Numbered from the stretch's first letter, positions 50,137-61,123 are shown. The stretch is 64,000 bases of DNA from Gemmatales bacterium (GCA_041640595.1 JBEPZY010000001.1:1056001-1120000), one strand, 5' to 3'. Notes: generated by a model not told the origin, from the letters alone. Numbers and translations are program-made.

Positions 50137-51597
50137 ATGACGCTTATGCACTGGCTCTTGCTGATGGTCTGTGTCCTCGCTCTCTTGCCCGACATGCCGC
50201 AGGGCATTATCTCCCATCCCTGGTTCTCGGCAGCGGGTACGTGGGGACCAGTCGCTGTTACAACAGTCGCGGCAGTGATTCTCGGTAATAAGTTTGGCCG
50301 CCGCAAACGCACTCTCACCGGTGCCCGATACCGCTGGTACCGCGCCTTGCGTTTTACCCTCGGATTGACGGTCATGCTCAATCAGGTGGTTGCATTGATG
50401 GTCTTCGATTGGGGCAATGTGGTGCGCGAACGTTACCACTTGGGCAACTGGTGGCTGGTAGATGAGCTTTGTCTTATTGCCCCCTTGGTGGTGGGATTAT
50501 GTAGTTTCTGGTGGGGCATCTACCCTGCCGAGAAGGCGTTGCATAAGAGTTCCGACCCACCCGACTCGGTAACATTCTGGTCGCGTCGGGACTATGTGCT
50601 CTTTCAAATGCGGGTGCATCTTGGCCTGATGCTGTTGCCGATGCTGCTGTATGTGAGTGTGCAAGACCTGGCCACCCGATTGTCACCAGGATTGTTACAA
50701 CTGCCGGGACAACTTAGCTGGTGGTGGCTTGCTGTGAGTGTGATTTCAACAGCAGGTACGCTCGCGATTTTGCCTTGGGTGCTGGTGCGAGTTTGGGGCA
50801 CCCGCTCTTTGCCCGCGGGACCTGTGCGGGACCTGTTACAGGTCACTGCTCGCCGACTTGGATTTCGATGTACCGACCTTCGCGTCTGGCACACGCGCCA
50901 TAACGTCGCCAATGCGATGGTGACCGGCATTCTCCCCTGGCCTCGCTACATCATTTTGAGCGATGCGCTCATCGAAGGTCTTACTCCTGAGGAACTGGTG
51001 GCGGTGCTGGGTCACGAAATCGGTCATGTTCGCCGTTGCCACATGCTGCTTTACGTCCTGGTAATGACGCTGGCACTGTTTTCCGGTGGCTTGCTCTTAC
51101 AGCGGTACACACCGGACTTGCAGGTGAACTGGGTGACCATGACCTTGCACTTTACGGATAACAAACACTGGCGACACTGGTTGCAGTTACTCTTTTCGCT
51201 CACTGCCATGGGGGTTTACGTATGGCTGGTTTTTGGGTTTATCTCACGGCGATGCGAACGGGAGGCGGATGTTTACGGCTGCCTGGCAGCTTCTTGTAAC
51301 CAACCGGTGTGCCTCGGCTTTCACATTGGCACTTTTTTCCTGGATGAGAAACCGTCGCACCTGTGTCCAACAGGCGTACAGACTTTCATACGTGCTCTGG
51401 AAAAAGTTGCCGACCTCAACGGTATCCCCAAAAACCAGTGGACCTGGCGGCACGGCAGTATCGCGCAGCGCATTGCTTATTTACAAAGGCTGATAACTGC
51501 GGCGCCGCGATCGGTCGCGTTGCCCCGCTATAGCTGGATACCGCAATGGGGACTACTCGGCCTTCTGGCCGGCATTTCGCTGCTACTCTGCCTGTGA
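50137..51597 (+). CDS. Membrane zinc metalloprotease (M48/Ste24 family)
   Basis: NAMVTG, HEIGH, EREAD and HGS...RI in a multi-TM protein. Start uncertain. Confidence 0.88.
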   Translation: MTLMHWLLLMVCVLALLPDMPQGIISHPWFSAAGTWGPVAVTTVAAVILGNKFGRRKRTLTGARYRWYRALRFTLGLTVMLNQVVALMVFDWGNVVRERYHLGNWWLVDELCLIAPLVVGLCSFWWGIYPAEKALHKSSDPPDSVTFWSRRDYVLFQMRVHLGLMLLPMLLYVSVQDLATRLSPGLLQLPGQLSWWWLAVSVISTAGTLAILPWVLVRVWGTRSLPAGPVRDLLQVTARRLGFRCTDLRVWHTRHNVANAMVTGILPWPRYIILSDALIEGLTPEELVAVLGHEIGHVRRCHMLLYVLVMTLALFSGGLLLQRYTPDLQVNWVTMTLHFTDNKHWRHWLQLLFSLTAMGVYVWLVFGFISRRCEREADVYGCLAASCNQPVCLGFHIGTFFLDEKPSHLCPTGVQTFIRALEKVADLNGIPKNQWTWRHGSIAQRIAYLQRLITAAPRSVALPRYSWIPQWGLLGLLAGISLLLCL

Positions 51598-51625
51598 GAA
51601 GGATTGACTGCTAACGAGAAAACGA

Positions 51626-52114
51626 ATGTTCGAGGTATTTGAGCATACAGCCGACCTGGGATTGCGCGTGCAGGCCCAACAACTGGATGACCTGTTTGCT
51701 GAGGCCGGACGCGCTCTTTTCAGCGTGATCGTCGAGAATCTGCATGAGGTTCAACCTCGCCAGTCTTACCCTGTCCAGCTTCAGGAAAACACTCTGGAAT
51801 ATCTGTTTTTCGACTGGCTTGACACGCTCTTATACCTTTTCGATGCGAAAAAGCTCCTGCTGCGTGAATTTGAAGTGCAGGTAATGCAGTCGGCACAAGA
51901 TGCTAGCGAAACCGGTCCAGGTGGTCGCGAGCCGGGTCTTACGAACCCGCATAGTCCTGCCGGAATGTGGAAGCTGACCGCCATGGTGCGCGGCGAGCCG
52001 CTCGATCGCACCCGTCATCAACTTGACCACGAAGTCAAAGCGATCACCTATCACGGTCTGAAAGTAGAACGCACTGCCGATGGCTGGTTAGCGGAAGTCA
52101 TCGTGGACATTTAG
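51626..52114 (+). CDS. Archease
   Basis: FEVFEHTAD, EVKAITYH and C-terminal VDI. Confidence 0.95.
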   Translation: MFEVFEHTADLGLRVQAQQLDDLFAEAGRALFSVIVENLHEVQPRQSYPVQLQENTLEYLFFDWLDTLLYLFDAKKLLLREFEVQVMQSAQDASETGPGGREPGLTNPHSPAGMWKLTAMVRGEPLDRTRHQLDHEVKAITYHGLKVERTADGWLAEVIVDI

Positions 52115-52115
52115 G

Positions 52116-52307
52116 ATGCGAAACTTGCCCGGCCGGATCGGGAGTTGTTGCGGAAAAGAACTTCCTTTTCAGCTAGCCGGTCCCTGGTGAACGACCAGAG
52201 CGGGAGTTTTCCCGGAATAATCCTGCGTGTCCCGCATATTGTCCCCGGCGGCATACAATAGCTGGTGCCGTCTAAGACCACGGCACTGCGTCCGAGCAAG
52301 TTTTCAT
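52116..52307. ncRNA. Candidate structured RNA element between archease and rtcB
   Basis: A long terminal stem (52116-52132 with 52292-52307) encloses about six hairpins, found by eye. No family recognised. Confidence 0.4.
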
Positions 52308-52372
52308 TACTTACTTGCACAGGGAAGGAGGAGTTGGCAACGGCAGCATAGTCGCACCAGGAGGAAGGACTC

Positions 52373-53833
52373 ATGACGCAAGCCTATCGAGGTCCACTGG
52401 AAAGAATTGACGAAACCCGCTGGCGGATTCCCAAGAGCTATAAACCCGGCATGCGGGTAGATGGAATCATCTTCGCGGATGACCGGCTGATTGAGCAAAT
52501 CCGCAATGACCAGGCACCGGAACAGGTGGCCAACGTCGCATTCTTGCCAGGTATCCAGGTGGCGAGCCTGGCCATGCCCGACATCCACTGGGGCTACGGC
52601 TTTTGTATTGGCGGCGTGTGTGCCACGGATCCCGACGAAGGAGGCGTAATTTCGCCTGGCGGTGTCGGATACGACATCAATTGCGGTGTGCGCCTGGTAC
52701 GCACCAATCTCACCGAAGACCAGGTCCGGCCGAAGCTGAAAGAACTCATCAATGCACTGTTTCGGGAAATACCAACCGGTGTGGGGCGGACCGGGAAATA
52801 TCACTTCGACAAAAAGGAGTTGCGGCATCTGCTGGCGGAAGGGCCGCGCTATTTGATCTCTCGCGGATTGTGCACGGAAGAGGACATCGAACACACGGAA
52901 GCGGAAGGTCGGCTAGCGGGTGCCAAGCCGGAAAACGTCAGCGATCGCGCTTTAGAACGCGGCGAGGAACAGTGCGGCACCCTCGGTTCGGGCAACCATT
53001 TTCTCGAAGTGCAGGTCGTGGATGCGATCTTCGACGAGGAAGCCGCTCGGGTGATGGGACTGTTTCCCAACCAGGTCTGCGTCATGATCCATTCGGGCTC
53101 GCGGGGTCTGGGTTACCAGGTCTGCGATGATGCCCTGCATGCTCTGCGGCACGCGCCGGAAAAATATGGCATCGAGCTACCCGACCGTCAGCTTCTCTGC
53201 GCCCCTGTGCACAGCCCTGAAGGTCAGCACTATATCGGCGCCATGCGAGCGGCAGCGAATTTTGCCTGGTGCAATCGTCAGTTGCTCACCTGGCAGGCGC
53301 GGGAAGTTTTTGAAAGCGTATTCGGCAAACCCTGGCAGGACCTGCAGATGGCCGTCGTATATGACGTCTGCCACAACATTGCCAAATTCGAGGAGCACGA
53401 AATCGAGGGCAAACGGAAATGGGTCTGGGTGCACCGCAAAGGTGCCACTCGTGCCTTTCCGCCAGGTCATCCTGAGATTCCGGCCAAATACCGCCACATT
53501 GGCCAACCGGTACTTATTCCCGGTGATATGGGACGGGCCAGCTGGGTACTGGTCGGTCAGCAGGACAGCATGCGGAAATCATTTGGCACAACCTGTCACG
53601 GCGCCGGTCGTGCTATGAGTCGCACAGCCGCAGTGCAGGAAGCCCGAGGACGCAGCATTGAAAAGGAACTGGAGCAACGCGGCGTCATCGCCCGTGCCCG
53701 AAGCTGGAAGGGTTTGGCTGAAGAACAACCGGCCGCTTACAAGGATGTTGACCTCGTCGTCGAAACCGTCCACAAAGCGGGGCTGTCGAAAAAGGTAGCC
53801 CGATTGCGACCCATTGGCGTGATCAAAGGGTAA
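52373..53833 (+). CDS. rtcB: RNA 3'-phosphate/5'-OH ligase RtcB
   Basis: MPDIHWGYG, GYDINCG, GSGNHF, HSGSRG, HRKGAT, HGAGR and EE.P.AYK. Confidence 0.97.
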   Translation: MTQAYRGPLERIDETRWRIPKSYKPGMRVDGIIFADDRLIEQIRNDQAPEQVANVAFLPGIQVASLAMPDIHWGYGFCIGGVCATDPDEGGVISPGGVGYDINCGVRLVRTNLTEDQVRPKLKELINALFREIPTGVGRTGKYHFDKKELRHLLAEGPRYLISRGLCTEEDIEHTEAEGRLAGAKPENVSDRALERGEEQCGTLGSGNHFLEVQVVDAIFDEEAARVMGLFPNQVCVMIHSGSRGLGYQVCDDALHALRHAPEKYGIELPDRQLLCAPVHSPEGQHYIGAMRAAANFAWCNRQLLTWQAREVFESVFGKPWQDLQMAVVYDVCHNIAKFEEHEIEGKRKWVWVHRKGATRAFPPGHPEIPAKYRHIGQPVLIPGDMGRASWVLVGQQDSMRKSFGTTCHGAGRAMSRTAAVQEARGRSIEKELEQRGVIARARSWKGLAEEQPAAYKDVDLVVETVHKAGLSKKVARLRPIGVIKG

Positions 53834-53928
53834 GCGGCGGTCGGCACACACATAACGCTCCTTCGTGACCGACTGGCCATAGGAGCAGCCGTGCCGGAAC
53901 TGGAATGGCGCGTCGGAATGAAGCTGGT

Positions 53929-54381
53929 CTAGCGCTTCGAGAACTGGAAGCCCCGTCGGGCACCGCGCCGACCGTATTTCTTGCGTTCTTTGCGGCGAGC
54001 ATCGCGGGTGAGCAACCCAGCTTCGCGTAGTTTGCGCACGATCGGATGGACGGCCGGTGGTTCCGCACCAGCTTCGGTCGTCGGCGGTTCCTGAGCGCTG
54101 AACATCTCCTTCAGTGCTCGGGCTACGCCCTGGCAAATTGCGCCCGCCTGGCCAGCAAAACCGCCGCCGCGAACGTTGACGTAGATGTCCAGCTTACCCT
54201 GCATTTCAGCTACTTCCAGAGGCAGGGTGACCAGCTTGCGGTCGCGCAATTCGGTGAAATAACTTTCCAGCGGCCGACCGTTGATTTCGACTTTCCCATT
54301 ACCGGGGCACAACCGCACTCGCGCCACCGCGGTCTTGCGTCTCCCAGTTCCCCACCAGTAGCTGATTACCCCTGTGCTCAT
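53929..54381 (-). CDS. rpsI: 30S ribosomal protein S9
   Basis: GTGRRKTAVARV, GGG..GQAGAI and ERKKYG...FSKR. Confidence 0.97.
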   Translation of the reverse strand: MSTGVISYWWGTGRRKTAVARVRLCPGNGKVEINGRPLESYFTELRDRKLVTLPLEVAEMQGKLDIYVNVRGGGFAGQAGAICQGVARALKEMFSAQEPPTTEAGAEPPAVHPIVRKLREAGLLTRDARRKERKKYGRRGARRGFQFSKR

Positions 54382-54441
54382 AGCCAGTCCCGTGCTTTAT
54401 TCGTCGGTTAGCTTCAATTAGAACCCAGAAGGAAAGTGCCT

Positions 54442-54930
54442 TCACACTCCTGTTGAGGCTGCTAATCGAATTGGCGGCGCCCAGGTATTTTCCGTGACGG
54501 TCAGCAGGATCGGCTGCTGGGCCTGATGCGGATGTTCCGGCCCGGCGTACAGCTTCAGTTTCAGCAGTTGCCGGCGTGCTAGCTTGTTTTTCGGCAGCAT
54601 CCGGCGAACCGCCTCCCGCAAAATTTTCGTTGGATTACGCAGTAGCATGTCTCGGGCACTGCGGAGCTTTCGCCCACCTGGATAACCACTGAACCATTCG
54701 TAATACTTCTGCTCCCACTTCTTCCCCGTGAAGCGCACTTTGTCGGCATTGACGACGATGACATAATCGCCGACGTCAATGTGTGGCGTGTATTCCGGTT
54801 TATGCTTGCCCATGAGGATGCGGGCGATGACGACAGCCAGCCTGCCTACGACCTGATTGGTCGCATCTATCAAATACCAGCGTTTTTCGACATCGCCTGG
54901 CTTGGCTTGATAGCTTCTCATGCGGAGCAT
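54442..54930 (-). CDS. rplM: 50S ribosomal protein L13
   Basis: WYLIDA, GRLA, GKHKP.YTPH.D.GD, MLPK and HPHQAQQP. Confidence 0.97.
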   Translation of the reverse strand: MLRMRSYQAKPGDVEKRWYLIDATNQVVGRLAVVIARILMGKHKPEYTPHIDVGDYVIVVNADKVRFTGKKWEQKYYEWFSGYPGGRKLRSARDMLLRNPTKILREAVRRMLPKNKLARRQLLKLKLYAGPEHPHQAQQPILLTVTENTWAPPIRLAASTGV

Positions 54931-54990
54931 GCTCCTGTGCCTCCCGCGCTGCAAAGAAACCGACTTCTTCCCTGCACGCAGGAAATCAGC

Positions 54991-55018
54991 ATTGTAGATT
55001 GTCTAATCATCGCGTCAA
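54991..55018 (-). promoter_or_regulatory. Sigma70-type promoter candidate for rplM-rpsI
   Basis: TTGACG-16 nt-TACAAT on the minus strand. Confidence 0.55.
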
Positions 55019-55317
55019 GAGTTTGCGGGCACGGTTGCCGCTTGCGGTGCGACATCACTCCCAGCCGACTCTTGAATCGGCACCACACGAACGCGGCGTC
55101 CGTTTTGTTCAAACCGTACGATTCCATCCACGAGAGCAAACAGGGTATCGTCGCGTCCCCGGCCAACGTACAAACCGGGCACGAACTTGCTGCCGCGCTG
55201 CCGCACTATAATTCCGCCGGCACGCACGAATTGGCCGCCGAACACTTTGACACCGAGCCGTTTGCTGTGTGAATCTCGCCCGTTTCGCGTTGAACCCTGC
55301 CCTTTCTTGTGTGCCAT
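55015..55317 (-). CDS. rpmA: 50S ribosomal protein L27
   Basis: [22 protein letters not shown] and IIVRQRG. Confidence 0.97.
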   Translation of the reverse strand: MAHKKGQGSTRNGRDSHSKRLGVKVFGGQFVRAGGIIVRQRGSKFVPGLYVGRGRDDTLFALVDGIVRFEQNGRRVRVVPIQESAGSDVAPQAATVPANS

Positions 55318-55577
55318 ATCTGCAATTCCTCCTTCGTTCCCACCTTCAGATGGCGAGCAGCCTATTATACGCTGAGTGCTACCGCTGGCCACCGTCCAAT
55401 GAAAGCACTCGCCGCCAGGCCATTGCGGATGGGTGTAATCCCAAATTTCACTCCTCACCGGACATCATTCTTTTGAGAAAAGCCCGTGGCCAGCCCGACG
55501 CAACCTTCCCCAATCAAGCCAGACGATTACCCCCGCGCCATGGTGCGCCCGACCGGCTTCCGATTGCTCGCAAGTGG

Positions 55578-56732
55578 CTACGCTGCAACAGGTACAAATT
55601 TCAAACAAACCGGGGTCGGTACGTTTTCCTCGACAGCTGTCCGTTTTAGCTCGCCGGTTTTCGGGTTCAGCTCGAAGATGACGATGTTGTCGCCGTGTTC
55701 GCTCGCCACCAGCACAAACCGTCCGGACGGATCGATGTTGAAGTTTCTCGGCCAGCGGATGCCGTCACGGAATTGGCCGACCGCCGTCAGTTTCCCCGTC
55801 TGGGTGTCGATCCGGAATACACTGATGCTGTCGTGACCACGATTCGAGCCGAACAGCCATTCTCCGCTCGGATGCACGAGCACTTCGGCGGTATAGCTTG
55901 TGCCTTGGAAGTCTTTGGGCAGAGTGCTCACCGTCTCGATTTCCTGAAGCGTACCTTGACTGCCATCCCAGCGGAACGCCGTTACGGTATTGGCCAGTTC
56001 GTTGATCACGTATGCAAATTTTCCCGACGGGTGGAAAGCGAAATGCCGCGGACCAGCTCCGGGGGCAACACTGGCAAACGGCGGGTCGTTCGCTTTCAGT
56101 TCGCCCCGTTCGGCGTCGTAGCGATAGACATAGACGCGATCCAGGCCGAGATCGGCTACGATGGCAAATCGTCCCGACGCATCCAGGTTCACCGAATGAG
56201 GATGCGGCGCTTCCTGGCGTTTGGGATTAACGCTTTTGCCCTGATGCTGGATGACACAAGTCGGCTCAGCCAGACGACCATCAGCAGCAATGGGAAGCAC
56301 GGCTACCGTGCCGCCGCTGTAATTGGCTACCAGCACGTGCCGACCAGCTGTGTCCACCACAAGATGACAAGGTCCGGCACCCGCGGAGGGCTGTTCATTG
56401 AGAAACTGAAGCTTTCCTGTTGCCGTATCCATAGCAAACGCACGCACTCCACCGGTGCGTTTCCCGCCCAGGCTACCCACCTCGCCGACGGCATACAGAA
56501 AGCGTCGGCTCGGGTGAACTGCCAGAAACGAGGGATTCACGCTTTCCGCAGCCAGTCCATGCCCGCGCAGCTTTCCGTCCGTGTGCCACTCGTACAAGTA
56601 GATGCCCTTGCTTTTTTTGCTTGTGTACGTGCCGACGTAGAGCCAGTAGCGCTGCGTCTGAGCAGCCCTCAGCGACAGGTCAACACTCAGGGCCGCGCTG
56701 GCGAGCAAAAATTCCCGCCTGTTCAGATGCAT
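55578..56732 (-). CDS. Lactonase (6-phosphogluconolactonase-like beta-propeller) with Tat signal
   Basis: NRREFL signal, YVGTYT, ANYSGG, HPHS, GPRH and SNRGHDS. Confidence 0.92.
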   Translation of the reverse strand: MHLNRREFLLASAALSVDLSLRAAQTQRYWLYVGTYTSKKSKGIYLYEWHTDGKLRGHGLAAESVNPSFLAVHPSRRFLYAVGEVGSLGGKRTGGVRAFAMDTATGKLQFLNEQPSAGAGPCHLVVDTAGRHVLVANYSGGTVAVLPIAADGRLAEPTCVIQHQGKSVNPKRQEAPHPHSVNLDASGRFAIVADLGLDRVYVYRYDAERGELKANDPPFASVAPGAGPRHFAFHPSGKFAYVINELANTVTAFRWDGSQGTLQEIETVSTLPKDFQGTSYTAEVLVHPSGEWLFGSNRGHDSISVFRIDTQTGKLTAVGQFRDGIRWPRNFNIDPSGRFVLVASEHGDNIVIFELNPKTGELKRTAVEENVPTPVCLKFVPVAA

Positions 56733-56754
56733 GGTTGTTCCTCCCCGTTTGAGT

Positions 56755-59700
56755 TTAGCCACAACCGGTAGTCGCACCGCAGGTATCACATTTCAGGCAA
56801 GCCCCACTGCGTACCAGAGTAAGCTGGCCACATTCCGGGCAAGGATCGCCTTCGTATCCTTTGAGTCGTGCCAGACGAATCTCCTCCGCCAAAGCGCTGC
56901 GGGCGAGCAGAGCCGGTCCCGATTGCTGAGGTTTGCTTCCGTTGGCCGTTTCCGCAGCGTTGCCGTTACTCGGTCGGACTGGTCTGGGGTGGAGGTGAGG
57001 CGTTTTCGGTTTGCGAAACGCGGGCGAGTTCCGCAACGACTCCTCCTCTTTCCATTCCCCAGGGTCGTACACGCGCTCAGCGACCACTTCTTCACCTTCA
57101 TATTCCGGCTCGACCGCATTGCGATGCATAGCGTCCGCCCGCAGGTCTTCTTCGTCCACCTGGGCCAGATCATAGCGACCCAGATAGGTAATCGCCAGTT
57201 CGCGGAAAATATAGTCAATGATCGAGGTCGTCATCTTGATATGCGGATTGCCCTGCACCGGACCGTTGGGTTCAAATCTAGTGAACAAAAATGCATCTAC
57301 AAATTCTTCCAGCGGAACCCCATGCTGCAAACCCAGTGACACGGCAATGGCGAAACAGTTAAGAATGCTCCGGAATGCCGCTCCTTCTTTGTGCATGTCG
57401 AGGAAGATTTCCCCCAGCGTGCCATCCTCGTATTCCCCGGTGCGAAGGTAAATCTTATGCGGACCAATCCGCGCTTTCTGCGTATAACCAGCGCGGCGAT
57501 CAGGTAAGCGGCGACGCTTGGCAATATAGCGGTGGATAATGCGCTCCGCGATGCGCACCGGTTCGGCCTGTGGTTCCTCGGCAATCGCTAACAAATCCGA
57601 TGCCTCACCCACCGAGCTTAGAGGCTGACTAAGTTTCGAACCATCTCGATAGATGGCGATCGCCTTCAGCATCAGTCGCCAGCTTAGCAGATAGGCATTC
57701 TTGACATCTTCGATGGTGGCATCGTGAGGCATGTTAATAGTTTTCGAGATAGCGCCACTAATAAACGGTTGTGCAGCAGCCATCATGCGAATATGGGCCT
57801 CAGTGCTGAGGAATCGCTTTCCCTTCTTACCGCAACGATTAGCACAATCAAAAACCGGCAAATGTTCGGGCTTCAGATGGGGAGCCCCTTCCAGGGTCAT
57901 GGTGCCGCAGACATATTCGTTAGCCGCCTCGATCTGCTCGCGGGTAAAACCGAGAGCGGCCAGCACATCGAAGTCAGGCGCCTGTATCTGCGCATCCGTG
58001 AAACCGAGCTGCCGCAAGAAGTCATCCCCTAAAGTCCAGCGGGTGAACGCAAACCGCAAGTCGAATACCGTCGGCAAAAGTTCCTCTATTCGAGATAGAA
58101 CGGCATCCGTAAAACCGCGCGTTCGCAGGGTTTCCGGATTTATATAGGGGCAACCGTGTAAGGTACCGTGTCCGCGGCAGTATAGTTCTATATCACGGAT
58201 CTGCTCACTGCTATAACCTAACTTAGCCAGAGCCAGCGGTACCGAACTGTTGATAATTTTGAAGTAACCGCCACCGGCAAGCTTCTTAAACTTCACCAGA
58301 GCGAAGTCCGGTTCAATGCCAGTGGTGTCGCAATCCATGGCCAGACCGATAGTGCCGGTGGGAGCAATGCAAGTAACCTGAGCGTTGCGATAGCCATACT
58401 TCTCACCGAGTTCCAGCATCCGGTCGGCTTCCCGCCGCGCTGCCTCTAACAAAAAGCGAGGACATTGTTCAGGATCGATTCCCATCGGTTTAATACTTAG
58501 ACCTTCGTACTCGCCAGGCGGTGCGTTATAAGCAGCACGGCGATGGTTACGGATAACCCGCAACATAGCTTCGCGGTTAGCATGAAAGCGAGGGAATGGC
58601 CCTAATTCGCGGGCCAGTTCTGCGGAAGTGCTATAAGCCGTAGCATGCATCAAACAGGTAATCGCACCGCAAATGGCCCTGGCACGCGGCGAGTCATAGG
58701 GCACGCCTTCGACCATTAGCAAGGTACCTAAATTCGCGTAGCCGAGACCTAAAGTGCGATAATCATACGATCGCCGGGCAATCGCTTTGCTGGGGAACTG
58801 GGCCATATAAACCGAAATCTCCAGCACAATCGTCCAGAGCCGGCACGCGTGCTGGAAAGCTTCGACGTCGAAAAACTCCTCGCTGGATAAATTCGATTCT
58901 GGCCGGCGACTGCGATGGAATAGCAGCAAATTCAGGGAAGCTAAATTGCAGGCGGTATCGTCGAGAAACATATATTCGCTGCAGGGATTGGAGGCATTGA
59001 TGCGACCATCGTTCGGACAGGTGTGCCATTCATTGATGGTTGTGTCAAACTGCAGACCGGGATCGGCGCAAGCCCAGGCAGCCGCCGCTATTTGATCCCA
59101 CAAATCGCGGGCACGAATAGTTCGACACGGTCGTGGAGGCCGATTTTCCCGCCGTGCCTGCTCCAGTTCGGTTCGCCAGTAAAGATGCCAGGGACCATCG
59201 GACAGTACCGCTTCCATAAAGGCATTGGTCAGGCGAACCGAATTGTTGCTGTTCTGCCCGGAAACCGTAGCGTAGGCTTCGGAATTCCAGTCGGTATCGT
59301 ACTCGGCAAACTGAATGGCTGTGGCACCTTGCTTAGCCAGCTGGATAGCCCGTTCGATATAGTTGATGGGCACCTGAGCGCGGCGGGCCTCGGCAACAGC
59401 CCGGCGCAACGCTTCGTTTTTGCGCGGATCGAACCGATCTGCTTCGGTGGTCAGCGTTCCGTTGCCGTTAGACGGTTCCGGATGATGACAGGCGCGGATG
59501 ATCGCGTTGAGGTAATGATTGCAAATCTTCGAACCGGTTACCAGTGCCGCTACTTTCTGTTCCTCGTGCACCTTCCAGTTGACAAACTCCTCAATATCGG
59601 GATGGTCGGCGTCGAGGATAACCATTTTGGCAGCGCGACGAGTGGTGCCACCGGATTTGATAGCGCCAGCAGCACGGTCGCCAATCTTGAGAAAACTCAT

Positions 59701-60438
59701 CAAGCCACTGGATTTTCCGCCCCCCGACAACGGTTCACCTTCGGCACGCAGAGCGGAAAAATTCGTCCCCGTGCCCGAACCATATTTGAAGATGCGTGCC
59801 TCACGCACCCACAAATCCATGATACCGCCCGGATTGACAAGGTCATCCGCAATGCTCTGGATAAAGCAGGCATGAGGAGCTGGTCGTTCGTAAGCTGATT
59901 TCGAAGCGACGGTCTCGCCAGTTTCCGGATCAACGTAATAATGCCCCTGCGGCGGCCCAGCGATACCGTAGGCCCAGTACAGGCCAGTATTGAACCATTG
60001 CGGACTGTTAGGGGCGGCAATCTGCCAAGCCAACATGTAGAGGATTTCGTCATAAAAAGCGCGGGCGTCTTCTTCAGAATCGAACACCCCTTCTTTCCAT
60101 CCCCAGTAAGTCCAGCAACCGGCCAGGCGATGAAACACCTGTCGGGCATCGCGTTCACTGCCAAAAGAACAACCTTCTGCCGGCACCGAACGCCACAGCC
60201 ACTCAGGAACGTTGGCCTCGGGCACGCGAACCGTTGCCGAAGGCACGCCCGCTTTGCGAAAGTACTTCTGCGCCAGAATATCCACGGCCACCTGCGACCA
60301 GTGTTCCGGCGCAATCAAGTCGCGCATCTCGAAGACCACGGAGCCATCGGGATTCGTGATTCGGCTGGTGCGATTCACAAACGAGACGGAGCCTAATGGG
60401 TCTTGATTTTCCCGGGTGAAGCGGCGTGGGATACGCAT
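56755..60438 (-). CDS. nrdJ: Vitamin B12-dependent class II ribonucleotide reductase
   Basis: [41 protein letters not shown] and YRDGSK, with a C-terminal CPECG...CDTCG. Confidence 0.97.
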   Translation of the reverse strand: MRIPRRFTRENQDPLGSVSFVNRTSRITNPDGSVVFEMRDLIAPEHWSQVAVDILAQKYFRKAGVPSATVRVPEANVPEWLWRSVPAEGCSFGSERDARQVFHRLAGCWTYWGWKEGVFDSEEDARAFYDEILYMLAWQIAAPNSPQWFNTGLYWAYGIAGPPQGHYYVDPETGETVASKSAYERPAPHACFIQSIADDLVNPGGIMDLWVREARIFKYGSGTGTNFSALRAEGEPLSGGGKSSGLMSFLKIGDRAAGAIKSGGTTRRAAKMVILDADHPDIEEFVNWKVHEEQKVAALVTGSKICNHYLNAIIRACHHPEPSNGNGTLTTEADRFDPRKNEALRRAVAEARRAQVPINYIERAIQLAKQGATAIQFAEYDTDWNSEAYATVSGQNSNNSVRLTNAFMEAVLSDGPWHLYWRTELEQARRENRPPRPCRTIRARDLWDQIAAAAWACADPGLQFDTTINEWHTCPNDGRINASNPCSEYMFLDDTACNLASLNLLLFHRSRRPESNLSSEEFFDVEAFQHACRLWTIVLEISVYMAQFPSKAIARRSYDYRTLGLGYANLGTLLMVEGVPYDSPRARAICGAITCLMHATAYSTSAELARELGPFPRFHANREAMLRVIRNHRRAAYNAPPGEYEGLSIKPMGIDPEQCPRFLLEAARREADRMLELGEKYGYRNAQVTCIAPTGTIGLAMDCDTTGIEPDFALVKFKKLAGGGYFKIINSSVPLALAKLGYSSEQIRDIELYCRGHGTLHGCPYINPETLRTRGFTDAVLSRIEELLPTVFDLRFAFTRWTLGDDFLRQLGFTDAQIQAPDFDVLAALGFTREQIEAANEYVCGTMTLEGAPHLKPEHLPVFDCANRCGKKGKRFLSTEAHIRMMAAAQPFISGAISKTINMPHDATIEDVKNAYLLSWRLMLKAIAIYRDGSKLSQPLSSVGEASDLLAIAEEPQAEPVRIAERIIHRYIAKRRRLPDRRAGYTQKARIGPHKIYLRTGEYEDGTLGEIFLDMHKEGAAFRSILNCFAIAVSLGLQHGVPLEEFVDAFLFTRFEPNGPVQGNPHIKMTTSIIDYIFRELAITYLGRYDLAQVDEEDLRADAMHRNAVEPEYEGEEVVAERVYDPGEWKEEESLRNSPAFRKPKTPHLHPRPVRPSNGNAAETANGSKPQQSGPALLARSALAEEIRLARLKGYEGDPCPECGQLTLVRSGACLKCDTCGATTGCG

Positions 60439-60499
60439 ATCCGACCTCCTGGCGGATGGTTGTCAATCCGAGCGTAAAGCTGGCGCAACAAAACTCCGA

Positions 60500-61123
60500 T
60501 CAGCGTGCGAGCACTCCGCAATTAGTGGAATTATGTTCACTGGCCGCATCGGGCCGAGAACCGGATGTGTTCCCCAATACGAACGGTAAAGTCAGGCCTT
60601 TCTGATCCTGATACTTGCCGCGTTTATCGGCGTAACTGACGCGGCAGACCTGTTCGGCACGCAGGAAGATAATCTGAGCGATGCCTTCGTTGGCGTAAAT
60701 TTTCGCCGGCAGGGGCGTGGTGTTACTGATTTCCAGGGTGATTTTGCCCCGCCATTCCGGTTCCAGCGGCGTAATGTTGACGATGATCCCGCAGCGGGCA
60801 TAAGTGGATTTGCCGACGCAGATCGCCAAAACGTCGCGGGGAATTTCAAAATATTCCAGCGATTCCGCCAGAGCAAAACTGTTGGGCGGAATCAGACAGT
60901 AATCTCCTTCAATGTCCACGAAAGCGGTCGGCGAAAAGTTTTTCGGATCCACCACGGCACCGTAAACGTTGGTAAAGACTTTGAAATGCCGACCCACACG
61001 CACGTCGTAGCCGTAGCTGCTCAGCCCGTAGGAAATCACCCCGGTTCGGGGACTGCCATCGGCAAAGGGTCGAATGACGATCTCCTGCTGAATCTGATGG
61101 TCGCTTAAGATGCTCACCGCCAT
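60500..61123 (-). CDS. dcd: dCTP deaminase
   Basis: [28 protein letters not shown] and KYQ.Q.G. The start may be the GTG at 61117. Confidence 0.96.
   Translation of the reverse strand: MAVSILSDHQIQQEIVIRPFADGSPRTGVISYGLSSYGYDVRVGRHFKVFTNVYGAVVDPKNFSPTAFVDIEGDYCLIPPNSFALAESLEYFEIPRDVLAICVGKSTYARCGIIVNITPLEPEWRGKITLEISNTTPLPAKIYANEGIAQIIFLRAEQVCRVSYADKRGKYQDQKGLTLPFVLGNTSGSRPDAASEHNSTNCGVLAR

Noticed and set aside
52116..52307. tRNA, Y RNA or hammerhead ribozyme identity for the rtcB spacer
   Set aside because: No T-loop (TTCRA) cloverleaf, no recognisable Ro-binding stem or rsr gene, and no CTGATGA/GAAA core.
53834..53928. Intrinsic terminator between the convergent rtcB and rpsI
   Set aside because: An interrupted stem exists (cggcac/gtgccg, gctcct/aggagc), but there is no U-tract on either strand.
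56755..60438. Intein or intron in the long nrdJ
   Set aside because: The ORF is continuous with no intein C...HN motifs. The length is explained by normal insert and C-terminal domains.
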